Shown here: positions 1 to 7,992 of the stretch, one piece after another
Layout of the letters: the number at the start of each line of letters is the position of its first letter
Numbering within the stretch: the stretch's first letter is position 1
From: an uncultured virus (IMG/VR IMGVR_UViG_3300032562_000006)
Lineage: Duplodnaviria; Heunggongvirae; Uroviricota; Caudoviricetes
Virus record (IMG/VR): IMGVR_UViG_3300032562_000006
Direction: 5' to 3' (one strand)
DNA: 64,000 nucleotides
Position numbers and translations under genes: made by a program
The notes under the pieces: model-generated
Told to the model about the DNA's origin: nothing
Database searches by the model: none
The model's input: only the letters and a program-made list of their open reading frames with translations

Positions 1-11
1 TCCCTGGGGTG

Positions 12-32
12 GGGGCGGGCGCCGCCCGCCCC
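12..32 (-). terminator. GC-rich hairpin downstream of leftward gene 55..345
   Basis: GGGGCGGGCG/CGCCCGCCCC inverted repeat. Confidence 0.45.
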
Positions 33-54
33 CTCACTATAACCCGCGCGCCGG

Positions 55-345
55 TCAGCCGCGCGTCACCCGGGCGGTCACTGCCACGCCGCTGTCCAGG
101 CGGACGTCCGGCAGGACGTCCACTGCATGCCGCACCGCGTTTGTCATGAGCGCGACAGCGGCTGACCGCAGTACTTCGTCTGATTGAACCGCTGACGGGC
201 GCACCACCAGAACCCGGAACGTGGCGGTGACAAGCATATCGACGGGCGGCACATCATCCGGCAGCGGCGGCATCGGCGACTGAGACCGGACTGGCTCCCG
301 ATCCGGCTGACCAGCCGCAGGCCCGAACACTGTCATGTCAGACAT
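55..345 (-). CDS. hypothetical protein (paralog-like to 1124..1345)
   Basis: ORF with upstream GAGGA RBS; part of a tightly packed leftward operon. Confidence 0.7.
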   Translation of the reverse strand: MSDMTVFGPAAGQPDREPVRSQSPMPPLPDDVPPVDMLVTATFRVLVVRPSAVQSDEVLRSAAVALMTNAVRHAVDVLPDVRLDSGVAVTARVTRG

Positions 346-380
346 GTTTCCTCATCTCTCCTGGCTATCGAACTGATGTT

Positions 381-1127
381 CTAATCCGGGTCCGCTTCCG
401 GGTCCCGGGCTGGAACAGCCGGATGCGGGAACACCTCTACCCGGACGTGTGCTTCCCTGTCGGCATAGAGCGTGCCGTCGTAGGTGGAACCATCACCAGG
501 AAGCCGTCGCAGAGCCGCGAGCAGGCGCTCGCGCTGCTTAGCCTGGTAAGCGACCGTGTCTTCCGGAGTGCCGTTGCCAGGACGCGGGATGATGTAGTCA
601 AACACCACCTGGAACACCACTCGCATGTAGTCCTGCGGTTCCGTCAACCGGAGCTGCGGGAGCACCTGGTGCAGCCGGTCTAGCGAGATGTAGCCTCTGC
701 GGTGTTCTTCGTTGAGCTGCGCGAGGAACGACCGCTTCCAGTTAGCGTGCGCAGACTGCAGCGTTGTCAGGCGCTTGGCTAGTCCAGCGTCAGTATAGTC
801 TTCCATGACAGTATCCGGCCCGAGTGCCTGCGTGACACACCAGTCGCGAATGCGGTCGCAGGCGGCGGCTGCTTCGTCTGGTGTTTCCTGAGTGGGATGC
901 CTGCGCGCATGCGGCATTCCGGTCACCGGCTCCAGGCGTGCGCGCAGCATGAAGTCAGATACGCCGTCCGTACAGTGCTGCCGGGTGCGCACTTCTGACG
1001 TTTCCAGCGTGAGCCGCCGCGCCAGCAGCATGCGCTCCTGGAATTCCAGCAGCTCTGCGCGGAACAGTTCTCCGGGGCTCAGCTCCGGCTGCGGCTCGGG
1101 CGGTACTGGAACAGCAATCTCGGTCAC
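381..1127 (-). CDS. hypothetical protein (paralog-like to 1375..2133)
   Basis: GTG start at 1127 overlapping the stop of the upstream gene, preceded by GGAGGA. Confidence 0.75.
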   Translation of the reverse strand: MTEIAVPVPPEPQPELSPGELFRAELLEFQERMLLARRLTLETSEVRTRQHCTDGVSDFMLRARLEPVTGMPHARRHPTQETPDEAAAACDRIRDWCVTQALGPDTVMEDYTDAGLAKRLTTLQSAHANWKRSFLAQLNEEHRRGYISLDRLHQVLPQLRLTEPQDYMRVVFQVVFDYIIPRPGNGTPEDTVAYQAKQRERLLAALRRLPGDGSTYDGTLYADREAHVRVEVFPHPAVPARDPEADPD

Positions 1128-1345
1128 TGCGCGTCCTCCTGCTCCTGCACCATGCTGCACACGACGGCGATGTCCCCGGTGATGAATGCCGCCGGATGCG
1201 TGGTCATGACCTGGCGGATCATAGCGGTGATCATCTCCTCGGTCGCCTCCAGCAGCGGACGTTCCGGGGCTTGCAGCAGCGGACCGCCGATGATGACCTG
1301 AAACGTAGCGCTGATCTGCATTTTGTCGGATACTTGCTCGGGCAT
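1124..1345 (-). CDS. hypothetical protein
   Basis: ORF with GAAGGA RBS, coupled to the next gene. Confidence 0.7.
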   Translation of the reverse strand: MPEQVSDKMQISATFQVIIGGPLLQAPERPLLEATEEMITAMIRQVMTTHPAAFITGDIAVVCSMVQEQEDAQ

Positions 1346-1374
1346 TCGGTTCCTTCGGCGGGGGTTAAGAGGTT

Positions 1375-2133
1375 CTAACGAGTGATGCCGATGCTGAACG
1401 TGATTTCGTCTTCCAGCTGCAGGCCGAGTGAGGAGCGGACACTGCGGCGCAGCGCGTCCCCCAGCTGGGACCGGATAGTTACGCGGATGGTCTCGTCCTG
1501 CAGCAGTTCATCCTGCCGGGCGGTCAGCTGCATCCGCAGCGGCATCGCGATGAGCACTTGCAGCGTTACGAACGGTTCCGGCTGCGCCGGGCGCTCCTGA
1601 ACTGCCACCGCCTCCACAACAGGCGCAGTCGCGTCCGGAAACGGGGCGGCTGCAGCCGCCGCCTCCTCTGCACCGTTCAGTACGGCGATGAGTTCCTCGA
1701 CGGCGACGGGCGGGATTCCGCTCCAGTCGCTGGCTGCGATGTGCAGCTGGGCGATGAGATTATCCCGCCAGTCTTCGCCGCGCTTGCGGAGCGTTAGCAG
1801 ATGCTGTTCCAGCTGGATGTCGTTCAGCTGGGCGATTTCTTCCGGAGTCAGCCAGACGGTGGAGCTGCGTGCTTCTAGGCGAGCTGCTTCCTCATTTCCG
1901 ACGACTAGTCCGTTGTATCCGTTGACATCCGACCGGCTCATGCGCGGGACACAATGATAGCTGAGCCAGCGGGCTACCCCCTCCGCGCACGGTGTGCCAG
2001 TGTAGCGGTCGTGAAAAATCCGGGCGGCGTAGCGCCGGACGGCCAGCTTCCATTCTACCCGGCGGTCACGTTCCGTCTCCATTTCCGTGAGAAGCCTGGC
2101 CCGCTCATCAGTTACGACATTGATGCTAGACAT
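1375..2133 (-). CDS. hypothetical protein
   Basis: 252-aa ORF with GGAAGGA RBS; upstream TGc-TACTAT -10 on the minus strand at ~2184-2189. Confidence 0.75.
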   Translation of the reverse strand: MSSINVVTDERARLLTEMETERDRRVEWKLAVRRYAARIFHDRYTGTPCAEGVARWLSYHCVPRMSRSDVNGYNGLVVGNEEAARLEARSSTVWLTPEEIAQLNDIQLEQHLLTLRKRGEDWRDNLIAQLHIAASDWSGIPPVAVEELIAVLNGAEEAAAAAAPFPDATAPVVEAVAVQERPAQPEPFVTLQVLIAMPLRMQLTARQDELLQDETIRVTIRSQLGDALRRSVRSSLGLQLEDEITFSIGITR

Positions 2134-2224
2134 TCCTGTTCCTTCCGGTTAGCGCCCGGCTTGCGGGCGCGCTGCACAGTTAATAGTAGCATGGTGGAAC
2201 GGGTACGTAAACAGCTAGCAGGGG

Positions 2225-2253
2225 TTTGCGCGGCCCCTCGGATGGTGTATGCT
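2225..2253 (+). promoter_or_regulatory. SigA-type promoter for the ncRNA/tRNA cluster
   Basis: TTTGCG/TTGCGC then 16-17 nt then TATGCT (2248-2253). Confidence 0.5.
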
Positions 2254-2259
2254 GTACCT

Positions 2260-2438
2260 ATGGCCGCCGGGCAGCCGTTCTCACACACAACGCCCGGCAG
2301 CCGTGAGTGACGCCGCCCGGCAGGTCGAGTACCGTCCAGGGCTCCGGGATCTCCCTGCACCGCATGCCAGTGCGGGTCGGTTGCGGGCGTCACGCTGACC
2401 GCCGTCTGTACCTTCCCCAGATGCGGACGGCGGTCAGC
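2260..2438 (+). ncRNA. candidate structured non-coding RNA upstream of tRNA-Met
   Basis: three consecutive stems: GCCGGGC/GCCCGGC, GTGACGCC/GGCGTCAC (branched), and a 17-bp stem 2394-2410/2422-2438. Confidence 0.45.
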
Positions 2439-2442
2439 ACGT

Positions 2443-2516
2443 AGCGGGGTGGAGCAGTTTGGCAGCTCGACGGGCTCATAATCCGTAGGTCGCGGGTTCA
2501 AATCCCGCCCCCGCCA
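2443..2516 (+). tRNA. tRNA-Met (CAT), initiator-like
   Basis: cloverleaf; anticodon loop CTCATAA; TTCAAAT T-loop; mismatched 1:72 pair and GGG anticodon stem as in tRNA-fMet; CCA not encoded. Confidence 0.93.
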
Positions 2517-2608
2517 CTAGCAGGCAGCAGGAAGGAAAAGGAGAAGCATTCGCGTTTGCGAGCGTCCGGGCGAGGAACCGGTACTCATGAAGTTCTTCTG
2601 ACACGCAC

Positions 2609-2688
2609 GGCGGGTTGCCCGAGTGGCCAAAGGGAGCCGACTGTAAATCGGCTGCAATGCTACGGAGGTTCGAACCCTCCACCCGTCA
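2609..2688 (+). tRNA. tRNA-Tyr (GTA)
   Basis: acceptor stem GGCGGGT/ACCCGTC, anticodon arm GCCGA-CTGTAAA-TCGGC, long variable arm, TTCGAAC T-loop. Confidence 0.93.
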
Positions 2689-2733
2689 CGCAAGACTACT
2701 GAGGGGAGACAATAACGTGATTCCTAATTTCAC

Positions 2734-2923
2734 GTACCAGCGTATCCGGTCCGGTGCGGGCACGCCAGATCCCTGCTAACTGCGTCATCCCTTGTGAGAG
2801 GGCTCTGACACCCGGATCAAGCGGGCTCCGGATCGTTGGAGTCGAGTTAAAGCCCGCCCAGGACGGATGATGTAATGAACATGTCGTGCCGACCGATCCC
2901 CGGCGCGAATCTGCTGGCGCGTA
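2734..2923 (+). ncRNA. candidate rod-shaped non-coding RNA
   Basis: nested pairings 2737-41/2912-16, 2759-64/2885-90, 2781-90/2865-74, 2821-27/2851-57. Confidence 0.45.
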
Positions 2924-2939
2924 CCCAGCTCCGTCCACC

Positions 2940-2969
2940 GAGCTGCCGGACTGCGGGATCCGGCAGCTC
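2940..2969 (+). terminator. hairpin after the RNA cluster
   Basis: GAGCTGCCGGA/TCCGGCAGCTC perfect 11-bp stem followed by CTT. Confidence 0.5.
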
Positions 2970-3023
2970 CTTAACGCCCCGCAGAAACAAGAAACAAGAA
3001 GAGGAAGGGAAGGGAAGGTCACA

Positions 3024-3257
3024 GTGCCGCCATCAGTCAGCGCACTCACCCCCAAGAAGGCACGGCGGGCTCGCAGCTGGAATCGAGGCCAGGCGCGCAA
3101 GCAGCTCCGTGTCCAGAAGCAGGCGGAGGCCGAGGCCCGGAACAAGAAGCTGCGCTCGCGAGGGGAACTCACCCCCTGGGAGAAGTCAAAGGCAGCAGCG
3201 AAGGCACGGAAGGCTGCCGTCGCGGCCGAAGCCAAGCGAGGAGGAGCGAGCGGATGA
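3024..3257 (+). CDS. small basic (Lys/Arg-rich) hypothetical protein
   Basis: GTG start after a purine-rich GGAAGG RBS; helical basic sequence. Confidence 0.6.
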   Translation: MPPSVSALTPKKARRARSWNRGQARKQLRVQKQAEAEARNKKLRSRGELTPWEKSKAAAKARKAAVAAEAKRGGASG

Positions 3258-3403
3258 GCACTCACTCTAGGGGACGGCCTGCACATGCCCGAGCAGGGGA
3301 GCGGGAGCGTGTCTCCCTGATAATGCCGGGACTTGCCCTGGCAGCAGCGGTTATCGCTGCCATTATCATGCTCGGATTCTTCTACGCGTGATATAGTTAA
3401 TGC

Positions 3404-4042
3404 GTGACGGGTAGTGAATCTGGGAGTGCAAGAGCCAGGATTTCAGCGCTGCGCGCAGAGATCCTGGCTCTTGACTTGCGCCTGGCCGCCCTGGTTCCGC
3501 ATCCGGAGGAAGGGCGAGGTGCGGGGAGCGGGAGCGGAGACGGCCGGGGAGGAACGCAGAAACCGCGTTCCTCCCCTCCGTGGCACGCGAGGGCGGCGGA
3601 ATGCCGGATGGACCTGCATGCGCTGACGCGCCGGATTGAAGCGGAATGGCGGGCGGCAGCCGGGTTTACGCTGCGCGTGCGCGGAGGAAGTGATTCGAAT
3701 ACTTATTCGAGTTTGGAAGCACTGGAGCGGCTGGCGCACGCTCGGGACGTCGAAGCGCGCGAAGGACTACGCTCGCTAGAGCGGTGGATCAAGGGGGCTA
3801 GGATGCTGCTAGGAGATGCGGAGCGTCCCCGGCGGATTCCCGGAGCGGAGAAATGCCCCTGGTGCGGGGTACGAAGCTTGCGCATGTGGACTGGTCAGGG
3901 TACTGTGAGGTGCGTAAACCCCTCCTGTGCTACCCCATCCGGGGAGAAGGCGACGGCCACATTTGACTACTCCGCTGCAGCCGGGCTCCGGCTCACCTGG
4001 CAAGACGGAAGCAGCCTGCAGTATCCGTCCTCTGCCGATTGA
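3404..4042 (+). CDS. hypothetical protein with C-terminal zinc ribbon (possible transcription regulator)
   Basis: CPWC...CVNPSC motif; leaderless start behind TGn-TATAGT at 3392-3397. Confidence 0.7.
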   Translation: MTGSESGSARARISALRAEILALDLRLAALVPHPEEGRGAGSGSGDGRGGTQKPRSSPPWHARAAECRMDLHALTRRIEAEWRAAAGFTLRVRGGSDSNTYSSLEALERLAHARDVEAREGLRSLERWIKGARMLLGDAERPRRIPGAEKCPWCGVRSLRMWTGQGTVRCVNPSCATPSGEKATATFDYSAAAGLRLTWQDGSSLQYPSSAD

Positions 4043-4355
4043 GATAGAATCCTGGAAAGACATCCCGCAGCACGCCTGGAGTACGAATCCGGGTGAGCAG
4101 CATCTCTACCGATTCGCAAACGGGTACGGGGCGAGTGTCGTGCGAGGCCCGTACACGTACGGCGGCCGGGAGGGACTGTACGAGCTGGGTGTTGTCAGGT
4201 GCCTTGACGATGACACCTGGTCACTGACGTATGACACGCCTATCACCGATGATGTGCTCGGCTACCTGACGCTGACTGAAGTAGCAGACCTGCTCATCCG
4301 CATCGCCGCACTCCCGGATGGCGGCGAGGAGAGCGATGCAGCCGCAGCCTGGTGA
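3927..4355 (+). CDS. conserved phage hypothetical protein (true start probably ~4030)
   Basis: YRFANGYGASVV...GLYELGV...DDVLGYLT motif typical of a small phage protein family. Confidence 0.65.
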   Translation: MLPHPGRRRRPHLTTPLQPGSGSPGKTEAACSIRPLPIEIESWKDIPQHAWSTNPGEQHLYRFANGYGASVVRGPYTYGGREGLYELGVVRCLDDDTWSLTYDTPITDDVLGYLTLTEVADLLIRIAALPDGGEESDAAAAW

Positions 4356-4866
4356 CTTCTGCGTCCGGCCGGTTCCGGGGATTGCGGGGCTGGGGATAGC
4401 GGCGGGGCAGTGGCTCAACGGCGAAGGCTGGAGCAAGCACGACCACGCCGAGATATACATCGGCGGAGCGGACGAGAACGCCCCGTGGGGGCTTACCGTC
4501 AGCTCGTACCCCAACCGGCAGGGGATTAGAGCACTGACGGGTCCTCCGGACGGAGTCCGGGGGGCTGTCTGGTCGAGCGGGGCTATCGAACTGACGTTCG
4601 AACAGCGGACGGGGATTGTCAAGTGGTGCCGGGAGAACTTCCGGGTTCCGTATTCCGAGATGGATTATGTGGCTCTGGTGGCGCATCGGCTAGGGATTCC
4701 GGTGCCCGGACTGCGGGCGTACATTGCTTCCACAGGACATGAAATATGCAGTCAGTTCGTGGATACGGCGTACCTGCTCGGAGGCGGAATTCATCTCTTT
4801 TCTGACGGGCGCTGGCCGGGGGACGTGACTCCTGGTGATCTGGCTGCGCTGGTGACGGCTGCATGA
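4336..4866 (+). CDS. permuted papain-like (NlpC/P60, YiiX/YebB-like) amidase
   Basis: PGD, HAEIYIG (His), G-x-PY-like VPYS, ICSQFV (Cys), VTPGDL in permuted order. Confidence 0.75.
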   Translation: MQPQPGDFCVRPVPGIAGLGIAAGQWLNGEGWSKHDHAEIYIGGADENAPWGLTVSSYPNRQGIRALTGPPDGVRGAVWSSGAIELTFEQRTGIVKWCRENFRVPYSEMDYVALVAHRLGIPVPGLRAYIASTGHEICSQFVDTAYLLGGGIHLFSDGRWPGDVTPGDLAALVTAA

Positions 4867-5183
4867 GCTGGAAGTCCGAGGGGCTCCCGATTGTCGGCTG
4901 GGGAGATGGCGGGGCCTGGTCTGTGGCGGACGCGGAATGGCTGCTGGACGTCCCGGCGCGGAAGGTACGGGAGGCGCTCCGCGCCGGGGGGATAGAAGCG
5001 ATGGGGCTGCGGTTCGACCGTGGTCGAGGCACGCGGCACGTCCGCGTGTACCGGGCTGAAGATGTACTGCGAGTGCTGAGTATGGCTGATGAGGAAGGAG
5101 CTGAGAAAAAACTTCAGTCTCCTCACCTGCGGTTACGCGGTTATTTTTGGTTTTGGGTGGTCAAGAGTTGGCTTTGGCGCTAG
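4863..5183 (+). CDS. putative HTH DNA-binding protein
   Basis: WSVADAEWLLDVPARKVREAL...RVYRAEDV, MerR/excisionase-like HTH. Confidence 0.55.
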   Translation: MSWKSEGLPIVGWGDGGAWSVADAEWLLDVPARKVREALRAGGIEAMGLRFDRGRGTRHVRVYRAEDVLRVLSMADEEGAEKKLQSPHLRLRGYFWFWVVKSWLWR

Positions 5184-5202
5184 GCTATGCCATACTAAAG
5201 CC

Positions 5203-5333
5203 AGCGGGGGTTCTGTATCCCCGGTGTGACTGGCTTAGTGTCCAGTCCCGCCGGAGACGCTCACCTTGACCCCGTGCGCTGAACCGGAAACCGGGACGCC
5301 ACGCTCCTACGGGAGCTGACACCGGAGTCCTAG
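5203..5333 (+). promoter_or_regulatory. structured 5' leader of the Rpf-like gene (riboswitch-like)
   Basis: -10 CATACT 5191-5196; closing stem 5221-27/5319-25 overlaps the GGAG RBS; internal hairpins. Confidence 0.4.
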
Positions 5334-6029
5334 ATGAGGTTGAAGTCGTCACGTCGTAAGACTAGCGGCATCGGCATCACAATTGCGGCAGCAGCCGCAA
5401 CCGCTCTCCTGACCGGGGCTAGACTCGCTCCGAATGCGGCAGGAGCGCAAGCGCAGGAAACGGCGAAAGTGACGGCAGTCACGCCTGTATCTGCGGCTTT
5501 CCTCCGGCAGCCTGCGGCAGCCGGAGGTCAGTACACAGTGCGGAGCGGTGACACGCTCGCTACTATTGCAGGGAAGGAATACGGGTCAATGTACTGCTGG
5601 CCCGGGATTTACCAGACGAATAAGGATCGGCTTAGCAACCCGAACCTGATCTACCCGGGGCAGGGCCTGCGGATTCCCGGAAAATGCGACACGCAGTCGC
5701 CGCCGGTGGTGACAACCGTCACCGCTACGGTCGCGTACCAGCCTCGGCACGCGCTTGCGGCTGCTACGGCTGCTCAGAATTACAGCGGAGGCGGAGGTAC
5801 CTCGTTCCAGGAGTGCGTGATCCGCACCGAGAGCGGGGGAAATCCCGACGTCTGGAATGCATCGGGACACTGGGGACTCTACCAGTTCTCGGAGTCGACG
5901 TGGGTGGAGTACGGCGGCCCGGCATCCGAGTTCGGGAGCGCTAGCGTCGCGGAGCAGAACCAGGTGTTCGACAACGCGATGGCGACGCCAGGCGGAGCTG
6001 AAAACTGGTCCCCCTACGACGGATGTTAA
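5334..6029 (+). CDS. secreted LysM + Rpf/SceD-like lytic transglycosylase
   Basis: signal peptide; LysM (YTVRSGDTLATIA...NPNLIYPGQGLRIP); ESGG...GLYQFSESTW...EQ...W transglycosylase motifs. Confidence 0.88.
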   Translation: MRLKSSRRKTSGIGITIAAAAATALLTGARLAPNAAGAQAQETAKVTAVTPVSAAFLRQPAAAGGQYTVRSGDTLATIAGKEYGSMYCWPGIYQTNKDRLSNPNLIYPGQGLRIPGKCDTQSPPVVTTVTATVAYQPRHALAAATAAQNYSGGGGTSFQECVIRTESGGNPDVWNASGHWGLYQFSESTWVEYGGPASEFGSASVAEQNQVFDNAMATPGGAENWSPYDGC

Positions 6030-6052
6030 CATCATACGGTCCATGCCTCTGA

Positions 6053-6107
6053 TATACAGCGTCGCGGAGGCGGGCGCTTGCGCGCCCGCCTCTGCGGGGT
6101 GTATACT
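6053..6107 (+). terminator. hairpin terminator containing a promoter (TTGCGC in loop, TATACT at base)
   Basis: CGCGGAGGCGGGCGC-TTGC-GCGCCCGCCTCTGCG; TTGCGC 6078-83, 18 nt, TATACT 6102-07. Confidence 0.6.
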
Positions 6108-6155
6108 GGTGCTTAGCACAGCACAGTGGCACACGGCCTCGACGGAAGGAATAAC

Positions 6156-6287
6156 ATGAATGACAAGAGCTTCGCCAACGGCAACTCTCCTGCCGTAGTG
6201 AGCAAGGAACAGCGAGACAGCGGCTGGCTTGCAGTCATCCGGCCGGAGTCGCACTGGACGCTGACGATCGGGGTGCTCCCCGCGTAG
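6156..6287 (+). CDS. 43-aa hypothetical protein (not in ORF track)
   Basis: GGAAGGA RBS, ATG 6156, TAG 6285-87; own upstream promoter. Confidence 0.5.
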   Translation: MNDKSFANGNSPAVVSKEQRDSGWLAVIRPESHWTLTIGVLPA

Positions 6288-6300
6288 CAGTCGGCAGTAC

Positions 6301-6345
6301 CTGCAGCCCCCTCCGCTTGACAGCGGCAGGGGGCTGCAGTATACT
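6301..6345 (+). promoter_or_regulatory. consensus SigA promoter embedded in an inverted repeat; leaderless start at 6352
   Basis: TTGACA 6317-22, 17 nt, TATACT 6340-45, 6 nt, GTG. Confidence 0.85.
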
Positions 6346-6351
6346 CGGGGT

Positions 6352-7065
6352 GTGAGTGCTGACGAGATTACGCGGGTGAGCGTCGACCAGCTGACGACCT
6401 GGCCGGGAAATCCGCGCCGGGGGAACCGGGCAGCTATCCGGGAAAGTATCCAGGCTCTAGGCATTTACAAGCCTCTGATTGCCCAGCGGAGCACCGGGCA
6501 GGTGCTTGTCGGCAATAACACTCTCGCGGTAGTGCGGGAGCTGGGGATTGCGGAAGTTGACGTCATCTACAAGGACATTGATGACGATACGGCCGAGCGC
6601 ATCCTGCTCGTGGACAACAAGACCAGTGATAGTTCCGGCTACTACAACGACCTGCTGTACGATATGCTGACGGAACTGGACGGGATGACGGGGACTGGCT
6701 GGAGCCAGGATGAGCTGGATGCAATCATTGCGACGGCCGAGCAGGCTAGCGGAGACGTTCAGCTCGAATTCGACTTCGGGGTGGCAGGGGGCGAGGATGT
6801 GCTTGTCCTGGATGATGTGCGTACCGGAGCCGGCTGGTCAGAGCTGCCGCAGCAGACGGCGGTGAGAGCGGAGCGACAGGCTGCGCAGACGGTGTCGGCT
6901 GTACGCGGGGTGCGCGAGATCATGCTCGTGTACACGATTGCGGAGCACGAGGAAATGATCCTGCTGCTGGACGGACTGAAGAAGCGAGCAGGAGAGCAGG
7001 CGCGTTACCCGCAGATTATCCAGTTCCTGGTGCGGAAAGCTGCACGCGAGGCCGGTTTGGTGTAG
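6352..7065 (+). CDS. ParB-like nuclease-domain protein
   Basis: WPGNPRRG...IRESIQALGIYKPL...VLVGN...LVDN, ParB/Srx N-terminal motifs. Confidence 0.85.
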   Translation: MSADEITRVSVDQLTTWPGNPRRGNRAAIRESIQALGIYKPLIAQRSTGQVLVGNNTLAVVRELGIAEVDVIYKDIDDDTAERILLVDNKTSDSSGYYNDLLYDMLTELDGMTGTGWSQDELDAIIATAEQASGDVQLEFDFGVAGGEDVLVLDDVRTGAGWSELPQQTAVRAERQAAQTVSAVRGVREIMLVYTIAEHEEMILLLDGLKKRAGEQARYPQIIQFLVRKAAREAGLV

Positions 7066-7074
7066 GCTTAGGGT

Positions 7075-7992
7075 ATGGGTACGGGTACGCAGCTGTTCGA
7101 TGACTACGTGAAGTTCCACCAGATACAGATTGCAAACCGGGATGTGGATCCGGTGTACCCGGTGCTGCGTGAGGTAGCAGAGATACTGGGATGGACGCCG
7201 GAAGAGAGAATCCGGTCGGTGTTCCTGCACGTAGCGTACTATGACCTCGGTTCTGCACTCGCCGCGCTAGACGGAAAGAGCGGCGCGTTCCTGACTGCAT
7301 TCACGCAGCCGCGTGAGGGTCTTGCGTGCGGGACGGAGCGACGTCGGCACCGGATGGGTGACAACCTGGCAGTGCATCTGCATCATCTTGACAACATCGC
7401 CATCCGGTACAACGGATTGTCCACCTGGGTGCAGGAACTCATTACCGATGATCCGGTTAGCAACTGGACGTATGTCAGCACAAGACTCATGGAAGTCGAC
7501 GGAAACGGCCGGTGGAGCGCTTTCAAAACCTGCGAGATGCTCGCGGAAGTGTGCGGGATGCCGCTCCGGGCTCCGGATATGGGGCATGCGAACAGTTCGG
7601 GACCCCGGCAGGGACTGGAACTGCTGTATCCGGCTACGCAGTACCTCAAGGGGAACCGGCCTGGGGTGATCGCTGCGCTGAATGTGACATCGAACCTGCT
7701 AGTCTGGGAATTGCAGGCCCGAGGAGCTGAGGCGTCGCTGGAAACAGCCGAGACGACGCTGTGTGACTTCCACAGTCTGGCGGAAGGGCGATACTATCCC
7801 GGGCTGGACATCGACGTCATGCAGGAGCAGGTACAGCGCGCGCCGATGAACGAGTGGATGCGCGGGATCGCGCTCGCGGCCCGGCGGGCGACGCTGCCGG
7901 AACCGTATCTCGGGGAGCTGCACGGGCGGACAGGGCCGGACCGGGCACGCAAGCGCGTGTACAAGCTGACAGGGGAGATCGTGACCCGATGA
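7075..7992 (+). CDS. amino acid:DNA transferase (aGPT-PPlase clade 2-like, glycosylase-fold) for thymidine hypermodification
   Basis: DVDPVY, GTERRRHR, GNGRWSAFKTCEML, ETTLCDF, YYPGLDI motifs; context with kinase and TET/JBP. Confidence 0.75.
   Translation: MGTGTQLFDDYVKFHQIQIANRDVDPVYPVLREVAEILGWTPEERIRSVFLHVAYYDLGSALAALDGKSGAFLTAFTQPREGLACGTERRRHRMGDNLAVHLHHLDNIAIRYNGLSTWVQELITDDPVSNWTYVSTRLMEVDGNGRWSAFKTCEMLAEVCGMPLRAPDMGHANSSGPRQGLELLYPATQYLKGNRPGVIAALNVTSNLLVWELQARGAEASLETAETTLCDFHSLAEGRYYPGLDIDVMQEQVQRAPMNEWMRGIALAARRATLPEPYLGELHGRTGPDRARKRVYKLTGEIVTR

Noticed and set aside
2715..2735. ACGTGA...TCACGT as a second parS
   Set aside because: The half sites are separated by 9 nt and inverted relative to parS; just a small hairpin.
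2701..2945. Possible tmRNA or self-cleaving ribozyme
   Set aside because: No tRNA-Ala-like ends, T-loop or tag ORF, and no hammerhead/twister core matched; kept only as an unassigned ncRNA candidate.
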